Positions 20,958 to 28,887 of a DNA stretch of 64,000 nt are shown here, in pieces; position 1 is the first letter of the stretch, and the number at the start of each line of letters is the position of its first letter. The position numbers were made by a program, and so were the translations under genes. The DNA comes from Nitrospirota bacterium (GTDB lineage: Bacteria > Nitrospirota > UBA9217): assembly GCA_963751455.1 (NCBI GenBank), contig CAVVUN010000015.1, forward strand, positions 1 to 64,000, given 5' to 3'. Under the pieces are notes generated by a model that did no database searches, was not told the DNA's origin, and was given only the letters and a program-made list of their open reading frames with translations.

Positions 20958-20986
20958 ATTATGCAATTGAATTGCAAAATTGTCAA
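20958..20986 (-). promoter_or_regulatory. Sigma70 promoter with an internal palindrome; probably gives a leaderless mRNA
   Basis: TTGACA-N17-CATAAT ends 6 nt before the ATG at 20951. The palindrome TGCAAT-N3-ATTGCA lies in the spacer. Confidence 0.7.
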
Positions 20987-21093
20987 GACCTTTGCACTAT
21001 CGGGAGCATAATCTGGGGATGCGAACAGGAAGCCGTGATTCGTTGACGTCGATAGCGATGCCCTTGTACCGCATCTTGTCAACAACAAAGATT

Positions 21094-21140
21094 CGACCCC
21101 ATTAGTTTCCCGACCCCATTAGTTTCTTCGACCCCATTAG
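21094..21140. repeat. Three tandem CGACCCCATTAG units (GGGGTC-type terminal motif)
   Basis: Copies at 21094, 21111 and 21129, preceded by TTGTCAAcaaCAAAGATT. Confidence 0.85.
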
Positions 21141-21142
21141 GT

Positions 21143-21285
21143 CTCTGAAAAAGCCGTGATTACAGAGCGGATGATGAAGGGCGGTGCCAGCGTCGTGATG
21201 TTCTGTGGATAAGTTTCGAGGTGAAAAGCAACTTAACGGCGAGAGCTTTTGGATAACGCAAAAATAAGTGGGAATAGTTCACCTA
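21143..21285. repeat. ~140-bp direct repeat, copy 2
   Basis: Aligns by eye with 19625..19766, with scattered substitutions and small indels. Confidence 0.9.
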
Positions 21286-21335
21286 CTACTGTGCAACGAG
21301 GTCACTTTCCAATTCTGTTTATTACCATTAGAAAC

Positions 21336-21390
21336 TTTGAACCCGCGGATCACGCCGCAAGGCGCGACGCTGAGGATCCGCAGGTTGAAA
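21336..21390. repeat. 55-bp imperfect palindrome with AAC...GTT ends
   Basis: TTTGAACCCGCGGATC ... GATCCGCAGGTTGAAA. Confidence 0.65.
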
Positions 21391-21525
21391 TCATCATGTT
21401 GAGTAATGCACGCTAGGTATCAACGTCACCAAAGCTTCTTCTTTCCGAAATTCACTGTCAAGCATCCGGCTTTTAGGTAGCCTTCACGAAGACTCTACAA
21501 TTAAGAGACAAAGCACGCTGAGAAC

Positions 21526-21644
21526 GAACGTCCCCAAAATTTGCAATCTCCCGCTGGCTGTAACTATGTTTCTCAACCGCTTGCCTGATAGCCTTCTTGC
21601 GTTTCGTCATGCTCTTCAACTTTATCTCGCTGAATGCTCTGTTT
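21526..21644 (-). pseudogene. 3' remnant of a RAYT/TnpA-Y1-like transposase C-terminal HTH, broken at a GGGGACGTTC motif
   Basis: Translates as KRKKAIRQAVEKHSYSQREIANF, then runs into GGGGACGTTC. Confidence 0.6.
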
Positions 21645-24600
21645 CTACTTATCGTTGTCTTGGACTTTTTTTCGACGTTGCTCGATCTTACGCCTTTTTC
21701 TAAAATCACGTATTATTTCCACCTTCTTGCTATTGCTATAATTTCGAGCATTTACAAATAAATCACCAATTAAGTTTTCGTACTGTTTGTCAGACTCTTT
21801 CGTTTTCGAGCGCAAATAATAATAAGTTAATAACTTGAATAGAGTCATATCCACTAGATGAGGATTCCGAACATTTTTTACAAAATTATGTATATGTCGA
21901 GCTGCATCCCGGCCTCTAATATCAGCGTATAAGAATGTAGAAATATATTTTTCAAAGTCAGATTTGTCTCTGGCCTTTTCATCCGCCTTAATTTTTTCTC
22001 TAAAGACCACGCTAAGCTTTGTCGTTCCAATAAGCATTTTTATCCATAATTCATGAATTAAAGGCAGCACATTTCTCTGTAGTTCAAGCTCCTCATCGAG
22101 TTTAAAGCCTTCCTTCTTTTCGTTTTCAGCAATGTATCGCTCAATAAAAGACTTCCATAAAATTGCGTACGCCATTGAGCAATGAAGCAGTGATGTATAG
22201 CTACGATATTTTAAATCTGGAATTGTCGTCTCTTCCGTATTTTTTAGAACCCGAGCAGCTAAAGTCCATAACAGTTCTTTTTTTTGCTTGTCACTGATTT
22301 TGGCTTCTTTTTTTTGTATCCCTTTTTCCACAGGTATCTTTGCCAAAGCATTGTCTTGAATTTCGTCAATTTGATCCTGACTTGGTTTCGGTTTATCAGT
22401 TAGTCGAAGTAGAAAATTCTCATCGGCTTTGACTAACATTGATTGTTGGTTCTCGAATATTTCGTCAAAGGTGTGCGGAAACTGCATTATACGATTTATT
22501 ACCTCTTTAAAGTCCTTTTCCATTCTTCCAATTACGGTCTCAAGTATATCTGAACAATCCCTCTTGATGCCCGTATAATAATCAATTTCGTCAGTAAACA
22601 TTAAATAATTTTCTTCACTCATTACAAAATCTTTAAAAGTTGGATCAAAATCCATTTTACGACTTATAAAATAATGCATGAAACAGCTGAATCTGAATCT
22701 AATAAATATACCTGCATCATCTATTTCTTCGATAAATACGCCTTTGTCGATAAAGTGATCAAGAACGTCTTTTGCTTGAATAAAATCAAATTTCTTGGCT
22801 TTCAAACTGTCATCGATAAAGTCGATTAAATCGCGCGATGACATCTGATAATTTTCTGAGTTGTTTTCCAGCATTCGAAAGGCTATTTCTGCTAATAATC
22901 TTTCCTTATTGCGAAAATCAAATCTGTCAGAATATATTTCTTTACGTGCGTGTTTTTCAAATAATTTTTCGATGAAATGCTCAAGCATAGTTGCATTATT
23001 TATGGGTTGATAATTTTCCTGTTGTTCCAATATCCAAAGGAACATGGATATCGCTAATGGTGTTCGTGGAAGATTGAGCATTAAAAAGGTATCCAAAAGT
23101 TTTTCGATTTTATCTTCGACGTCAGGAGAGGGATTTTCTGAAAACCAATTTTTTATCAACAGGCGCGTTTCAGAAGAGCCGAATGATTTGATGTGTAATT
23201 TACGCAGTCCAGCATAAAAAGGGAAATTGTAAAGTTCTATCGGCACAGCTCCTTCGGCTACTTGGAAAGAAGCGCCAATCATTGTCACATTTGGCGCTTC
23301 ATCTAAAAACTTCTGAAGAGCACCTAATTGATACGAATCATATTCATTAAAACTCAGGTTATCAACTAGCAAAAGCAGTTTATGCTTTGAGCACAAGTCT
23401 TTGATAAAGGAAATGCTTATACCAAGAAATCGCGAAATTAGTGTTTCAATTCGGCTTGATTTTATCTGACGAAAATCTATATGGATTGGGATTAATCTGT
23501 GCTGCTGTATGCTCTCTGAAAGATAAACAAGGATACGATCAAGTAAAATAGATTTTCCTGACTCTTTCACTCCAAACACTATTTGGCTTGCCGGATATAA
23601 GCATAACTCTTCGATTGATACGTTTTTTTCTTTTGTCTTTTTCTCACCTTCAAAATTTATTTTTTCAACGACTTTTGGCATGACAAAAAGGCTCTTTAAC
23701 TCTCTAGGCGCTTTTGTATTTGTGTTATAAGTCAATAAGTGCTCGTTCAATTCTCCAAAATGCGTATTCGTTATAGTAATTGCTAAATCGTTTTCATAAT
23801 TTCTCAACTTCAGCTCGCCCGATGAAGGAAGTTTAAATTTACTGATTCCAAAGTCATTTCCTAAATCATTATTAGCTACATATGAATTTTTTCTATGAGA
23901 ATATCGCCGGTTTGTAACTTCGATTTCTAGTGACCCAGGGTCGAAATCAACAATTGAGTATCCGTTACTGTAATCTATACTCTTCTCTTCCACTCTAAAA
24001 CTCCAACTGCTCGGTGCCACTGACACAAATAACCCCTTATAAATGTCAGACTTTAACCAAGAAGATCCCGAGTGAACATGACCGCTGAATATAAGTTGAA
24101 AAGTATTTTCAAGCAGAGGTTCAATACACCTTCTGTCGAAATCCGCAAGCCATTCGACTGGATGATGAAGAAGAGCTATGTTAATGGTGTTATCCTTGAA
24201 GAAATTTTTTGCGGCAGTAAGTTGGCGTTCTCCAATTATTAAGTTGTGACGATCCTTGCCATCTTCATAGCTTCGCCAAGCTGAATTTAAACAAGCAATG
24301 CCTGTTTTCATGGAGCTTAGTTCTATGTTAAAAAGCGAATGGTAATTTGTCAAAATACAATTGCTTACGCCATCGTAAAATGTTTTTCCAAAAGTTTTAA
24401 AGGGTAACATTCTTTTTATTCCTTCTAGGTTCCCACTATCTATATAGTCATTGACCGCGTCGATATTATTTAATATTTGATGTAACCCTGCTTCTGACAC
24501 CTTCGAGTCGCGATCTCTCCAAATATCATGGTTTCCAGGAATAAAGAATATACGATCGTTTTTTAGCGATAATGCTTTCATGAGAGGAGCTATTACAAGC

Positions 24601-24805
24601 GTATTGACAGTCTCGTAGCAACTGTCTTATCTTTAAAGGCACTTGCACCCTTATCGATAATATCTCCCGTAAGTAAGACAATATCGAATTTTTTCTCGAT
24701 ATGGTATTTTTTAACATCTTGCAGAAATGGATCAACAACGAATGCTGTCATTTCACCAAGGTATTCGGACGAAACATGTAAATCAGATAGATGTAAAATT
24801 CTCAT
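21645..24805 (-). CDS. Calcineurin-like metallophosphoesterase fused to a STAND/NACHT-type NTPase (~1050 aa, one frameshift near 24610); candidate defence protein
   Basis: ILHLSDLH and LTGDIID in ORF 24593..24805. PGNHD, LNSAW, LLHHP, GHVH, Walker A GVKESGKS, Walker B LLLVDN and TPL in ORF 21645..24581. Visibly AT-rich. Confidence 0.82.
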
Positions 24806-24875
24806 GTCATCTCCCTTTTGCTTTTTTACAGATAAGCGTTTGATTTATACAAGTAGTACCAATAAAGGAACCTCA

Positions 24876-25100
24876 TAGGGTCAGGTCTTGGATTATCTTT
24901 TTTCTTCAAATCCCTTTATTATCTTGCTTACCGTAGTATAATGAATATCGAGATGATCCGCAATCTCTTTAAGAGTGTATCCGTATTTGACATGAGCAGC
25001 ATGAACGTGTTTGTTTCTCCAGTTGATCTTCTCGTCTGCCGAAAATTGTTTGGATAAGCGTGGCCGATTCACATATCGCTGAACTGACTAGGGTCAGGTC
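24876..25100 (-). mobile_element. RAYT/TnpA-Y1 transposase 3' remnant bracketed by two direct TAGGGTCAGGTC motifs
   Basis: Minus-strand translation QRYVNRPRLSKQF...RNKHVHAAHVKYGYTLKEIADHLDIHYTTVSKIIKGFEEKR* (stop 24893-24895). Motifs at 24876-24890 and 25089-25100. Confidence 0.75.
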
Positions 25101-25187
25101 CATATTCATGGACTTTTGAAGATTTAATTCTATTTGAGCTTTCCTGATACTCCATCACTTCGTCGTGCGCCACGCTATTCCAGTGAC

Positions 25188-25375
25188 TCATGTATGTTTA
25201 AGAAAAAGATTTCGGACCTTATTGGCTCCGATCAATTCCTTCAGCAGCGTATAATTCTTTTTCTCGTACTTGATGCGGCCCGCCGGAATCGCGGGACTGA
25301 TCCTCAGTTTCTCGGCAAATGCCCGCACCGCCTGCGCTGAATAGCAGCGGGAAAGGCCGGCCCTGGTCCATCGCT
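25188..25375 (-). pseudogene. 3' end of a HigA/ImmA-IrrE-type (HTH + peptidase) gene, copy A
   Basis: KRWTRAGLSRCYSAQAVRAFAEKLRISPAIPAGRIKYEKKNYTLLKELIGANKVRNLFLKHT*. Truncated upstream at a GCAGGCTGTTGAAAA IS/MITE-like end. Confidence 0.65.
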
Positions 25376-25499
25376 TAGCAGGCTGTTGAAAACCCTCCGT
25401 TCACCCTTCGTCCTTGGAGCCCGAAAAGGGACGTTGTGACCGAAATGGACTACAGTTCTCCGATATCAGTTACAGAGCGTAAGCTGCGATGCAGATATC

Positions 25500-25820
25500 C
25501 TATGCAGTCTTCGCGAGAATAATCCTGCCGATTTGCTTTTTCGAAGAGCCCAGAGCAATGATTGACCTCACAATAAGGTCTAGAGACACGGAAGATTCTG
25601 CACGCTCGATCTTGGCAACTCGCGACTGGCTCGACTTGATTTTCTCAGCAACCTGCACCTGCGTAAGATGTTTTTTCTTCCGCAATTCCTGGAAATAATT
25701 CGAGAGGGCTAGTTTCATCTCGATGTACTCTTCCTCCTCACGGCTCAATTGAAGAAAATCAGAAACAGAGCCGACTTTCCAACCCTGCTTCTCAAGTCTT
25801 TTAATCTTATCTTTTTTCAT
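25500..25820 (-). CDS. XRE/HTH antitoxin
   Basis: GWKVGSVSDFLQL, LTQVQVAEKIKSSQSRVAKIE. RBS GAGGTG; downstream of the toxin gene. Confidence 0.85.
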   Translation of the reverse strand: MKKDKIKRLEKQGWKVGSVSDFLQLSREEEEYIEMKLALSNYFQELRKKKHLTQVQVAEKIKSSQSRVAKIERAESSVSLDLIVRSIIALGSSKKQIGRIILAKTA

Positions 25821-25831
25821 GATTATCACCT

Positions 25832-26161
25832 CTAACATTTATCATAAGCAGCAATTCGTTTTTTGCAGATATTGATTATATTCTTAGGCGTTTTCTGACT
25901 TTTCTTTTCAAAAACGTCCAATATTAAGATCGCATCGTCATCCAACCGGCAAATGATTCTCCATGTCTTGTCCTTATCGTTGATCCTGAGTTCATGACAA
26001 CGCGCGCAAATCGATGTCATGGGCCTGGAATGTGGTAGTGACAAGCGTTCGCCACTTTGCAGGCATCGCAAAAGATACCCTGCCTCGATCCGCGCGTCCG
26101 AAGATAGTGGCGGGGTTTTTACTTCACCATGCAACCAGACAAGTGGTTTTGGCTTCATCAT
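25832..26161 (-). CDS. RelE/ParE-superfamily (Gp49/DUF891-like) toxin
   Basis: KPLVWLHGEVKTPP, LPHSRPM, CHELRI, WRII and VFEKKSQKTP. Toxin-first (HigBA-like) order. Confidence 0.85.
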   Translation of the reverse strand: MMKPKPLVWLHGEVKTPPLSSDARIEAGYLLRCLQSGERLSLPHSRPMTSICARCHELRINDKDKTWRIICRLDDDAILILDVFEKKSQKTPKNIINICKKRIAAYDKC

Positions 26162-26169
26162 CTCTACTT

Positions 26170-26198
26170 ACTATATGTCATATCTGACATAATGTCAA
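26170..26198 (-). promoter_or_regulatory. TA promoter with a palindromic operator
   Basis: TTGACA-N17-TATAGT; palindrome TATGTCA-TATC-TGACATA (26174-26191) in the spacer. Confidence 0.75.
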
Positions 26199-26222
26199 AC
26201 ACATAATTACATAAGACGAACC

Positions 26223-26339
26223 CGTAAAAAGTCAAGATTTGCCACAGAGGACACAGAGAGTACAGAGATAAAACCTTAAAAAGTTAAAGATTTTCTCTGA
26301 GTCCTCCGTGACCTCTGTGGCTGAAAAAGAGTTTTTACG
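26223..26339. repeat. Nested palindromic MITE-like element
   Basis: Outer CGTAAAAAGTC/GAGTTTTTACG. Inner 9-nt-periodic GCCACAGAG-GACACAGAG-AGTACAGAG ... CTCTGAGTC-CTCCGTGAC-CTCTGTGGC. Confidence 0.7.
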
Positions 26340-26403
26340 AATCTATTACATAAAGACGGTTTGGTTTTAAGGTATTATCAAAGAGCACCTTAGAGAGCCA
26401 CCA

Positions 26404-26418
26404 TAGGGACAGGTCTTG
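26404..26418. repeat. TAGGGACAGGTCTTG motif (same family as 24876 and 25089)
   Basis: One mismatch to TAGGGTCAGGTCTTG; followed by cggcTTGACA. Confidence 0.7.
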
Positions 26419-26510
26419 CGGCTTGACAAATGCCTTCTTCCGCTCACTTCAATGGTTTAACGACGTGGTGTCCTCAATATCATTTAAGTCTCGGACAACG
26501 ACATCAATAT

Positions 26511-27539
26511 TTAGCCTGTCGTCATATGCTGCCTGAATTCCTTCCGCGCTTTTGCAGATTCCTTGCACTTTTTCACTTTGGTCAACTTAACGCCGAGCAG
26601 CGAAAGCACGGGCTGCAGGATAACTGAGGCTTCATCGCTTTCAACCATAACTTCTCGAGGGCAGATCTTATTTTTCTCAACCGCACTCAATAAATACTCC
26701 GGGAGCTGACTCTGGTAAGAATGCGGCGGAGCGATCTGGCTATCAAGTATAAATCCCGATCCGGTATCGATTATCATCAGAAATATCAAATAAAAGGGCC
26801 TTCCCGATTCTTTCACCGGCATGTTCTCCAGAGCATACGAGAATTCCCAGATCCCCGACTTTTTCGCGTTTGATGTCAATCGCATCACGCGACTTTCATC
26901 GATTGCACAACGCTCAATCGGATTGGGCTGAATCGGGTCGGGTTTGAGCCACTCGTCGGTCCATTGGTTCTTTTCGTCTCCGGGCTTCTTAACGCGAACA
27001 AGATAGTGGCCCGGGGTGCGGGATTTGAGAATATCCATGCTCTCTTTGCATCGCACGCAAACATTCATGGCCTGATCGAGGACAAGACAGAGAAAATCGG
27101 CGTCCCCCGCGCTGAGAAACCAAGGGAAGTATCCGGGAGTCAAATTGCGAAAACACGGATATGCTTTCGTCCCGTGAAACGTCAGGGCTAACGCGTTTAT
27201 GACGGACAGATCTTCCTGTTCCAGCACGCTTTTATCATTGAAGGTAACGCTGAGGCATTTCTGCGCCAGGAAGTCGTCGAATGCATCCGATGAGGAATTT
27301 CCTCTCAAAAGGCGCTGATAGCTGGAAAACCCCTCAGTCCCTTGATATACGATTATTCCCAATTGCTGCCCGAGATTTCCGATGATGCAGCAGTAGCCGA
27401 TCTCGCCTGTTGCAGGATTTTGTACGCCGAATACCTCTTCGTCTGTCATCCATTGCCAGCACGCGAGTTTTCGGAACTTGGTTGATAAATTATAGAGTGA
27501 TTTCCATTGTTCAATCGTCGGTTCTGTTGTTTGAGACAT
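26511..27539 (-). CDS. Conserved hypothetical protein (DUF7309/DUF6930-like)
   Basis: WQWMTDEEVFGVQNPATGEIGYCCIIG..G, PCFR..PGYFPW. RBS GAGGTGAG. Confidence 0.7.
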   Translation of the reverse strand: MSQTTEPTIEQWKSLYNLSTKFRKLACWQWMTDEEVFGVQNPATGEIGYCCIIGNLGQQLGIIVYQGTEGFSSYQRLLRGNSSSDAFDDFLAQKCLSVTFNDKSVLEQEDLSVINALALTFHGTKAYPCFRNLTPGYFPWFLSAGDADFLCLVLDQAMNVCVRCKESMDILKSRTPGHYLVRVKKPGDEKNQWTDEWLKPDPIQPNPIERCAIDESRVMRLTSNAKKSGIWEFSYALENMPVKESGRPFYLIFLMIIDTGSGFILDSQIAPPHSYQSQLPEYLLSAVEKNKICPREVMVESDEASVILQPVLSLLGVKLTKVKKCKESAKARKEFRQHMTTG

Positions 27540-27559
27540 CCGGCTCACCTCATCACCAT

Positions 27560-27709
27560 TTATGTATGGTTAAGAAAAAGATTTCGGACCTTATTGGCTC
27601 CGATCAATTCCTTCAGCAGCGCATAATTCTTTTTCTCGTACCTTATGCGTCCCTCCGGAATTGCGGGACTGATCCTCAGGTCCTCGGCAAATGCCCGCAC
27701 CGCCTGCGC
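27560..27709 (-). pseudogene. 3' end of a HigA/ImmA-IrrE-type gene, copy B
   Basis: 148-bp match to 25190..25337 with 9 substitutions by my count; ends ...VRNLFLNHT*. Confidence 0.7.
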
Positions 27710-27907
27710 GACCGAAATCGACGAGAGGCGACAAGTGAGGAGTCGTTACAGCTATCAATTACGGGACGTAATCTGTGGCAGCGATTATGGATTCCACTTT
27801 GCAGACTACAGGAAGAAAGATTGCCCAGTCGAGCAAAGTATAGTAGAATTCCTCTTCAAGATAAAGAGTAAAATTATCAAGCGGCAAGGATTTGAGATCA
27901 AATTTCC

Positions 27908-28606
27908 ATGCGAAAAGAAACGACAGATGGACAACTAAAACTCCTTTTTTGCCATACGGCAGATTCTCTCAAGCATTACCTTGAAGAGGGTCTCGGCAAG
28001 AGTGTCTGTCTCATCCTCACAAAAAATTCAACAAGCATGCTTTCGGCAGGAACGCGTGACGGGGTGATGCAGATTCGGTTGAGCCGGATATTTCTGAACG
28101 CAGGCAATGACGTGATCGAGGAAATTGTTTCTTTCCTGAAAAAGAAAAAAAGCAAGATGCTTCTTTTCCATAAATTCGTGCGAGAGAACGGAGAGCAGCT
28201 TCGCACAAAGCCGCCGAAGAATATCTCCCTTAAGAGCATGGGCAAGTTCCATGACCTTCGTGAATTATATGACGAGATCAACCGTAACTATTTTGGCGGC
28301 CTGGTCTCTGCCGCGATAACGTGGGGGTCGAGAAGTCCTCGCTACGCGGTCAGAAAAAGAACGCTCGGAAGTTACAGTGCAAGGCCGAACTTGATCAGGA
28401 TCAATCCCGTGCTCGACAGGAAATCAGTTCCCCATTATTATATCGCCTTCGTGGTGTATCACGAGATGCTTCATGCCGCCATAGGCATTTTAGAAAAGGG
28501 CGGAAGAAGAAGCGTCCACTCGAAAGAGTTCAAGAAGAGAGAAAGGCTTTTTAAAGATTACGAGAAGGCTGTGGTGTGGGAGCGGGGTGCAACGCAGAGA
28601 GCATAG
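27908..28606 (+). CDS. SprT-like zinc metallopeptidase-domain protein
   Basis: INRNYFGG, ITWG, LGSY, IRINPVLD, YHEMLH and HSKEF. Confidence 0.8.
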   Translation: MRKETTDGQLKLLFCHTADSLKHYLEEGLGKSVCLILTKNSTSMLSAGTRDGVMQIRLSRIFLNAGNDVIEEIVSFLKKKKSKMLLFHKFVRENGEQLRTKPPKNISLKSMGKFHDLRELYDEINRNYFGGLVSAAITWGSRSPRYAVRKRTLGSYSARPNLIRINPVLDRKSVPHYYIAFVVYHEMLHAAIGILEKGGRRSVHSKEFKKRERLFKDYEKAVVWERGATQRA

Positions 28607-28823
28607 CGCATGGCGCATGGCAACTACTCAGAACAGGACAACAGCGATAACAATGGCTGAGACATTTCCCCATCCCGCCAGTGTCGCGATTATATGAATA
28701 ATTATACCCGTTTAGATCGGTTACGATAGAATAATGGCTTAGAGATTCCTATTCGAAATGCTGTCACGTGCTGAGCTTTCCTTATCCTGCCTCACTTCCA
28801 ACCTTTAAAATATCACAATAATC

Positions 28824-28865
28824 ATGACGTAAATCATATCGGCTTCATTCATGGGGCGCTATACT
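28824..28865 (+). promoter_or_regulatory. Crp/Fnr-family (Dnr/HcpR-like) box plus -10 element
   Basis: ATGAC-GTAA-ATCAT (28824-28837) and TATACT (28860-28865). The box centre is ~41.5 nt upstream of the predicted +1. Confidence 0.6.
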
Positions 28866-28887
28866 TTATTCATAAAAGGAGGAAAAC

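Noticed and set aside
21094-21140. Possible mini-CRISPR
   Set aside because: The 12-bp units have 5-6-bp gaps, far too short for repeat-spacer structure. No cas genes or CRISPR array were seen anywhere in the window.
25134-25340. Plus-strand ORFs 25134..25340 and 27410..27871 sharing 'KKKISDLIGSDQFLQQRIILFLV'
   Set aside because: They are antisense readings of the duplicated IrrE/HigA-like gene tail on the minus strand.
19620-27710. Canonical integron, prophage or tRNA-targeted genomic island
   Set aside because: There is no tyrosine or serine recombinase, no phage genes, no tRNA at the borders, and only one weak attC-like palindrome.
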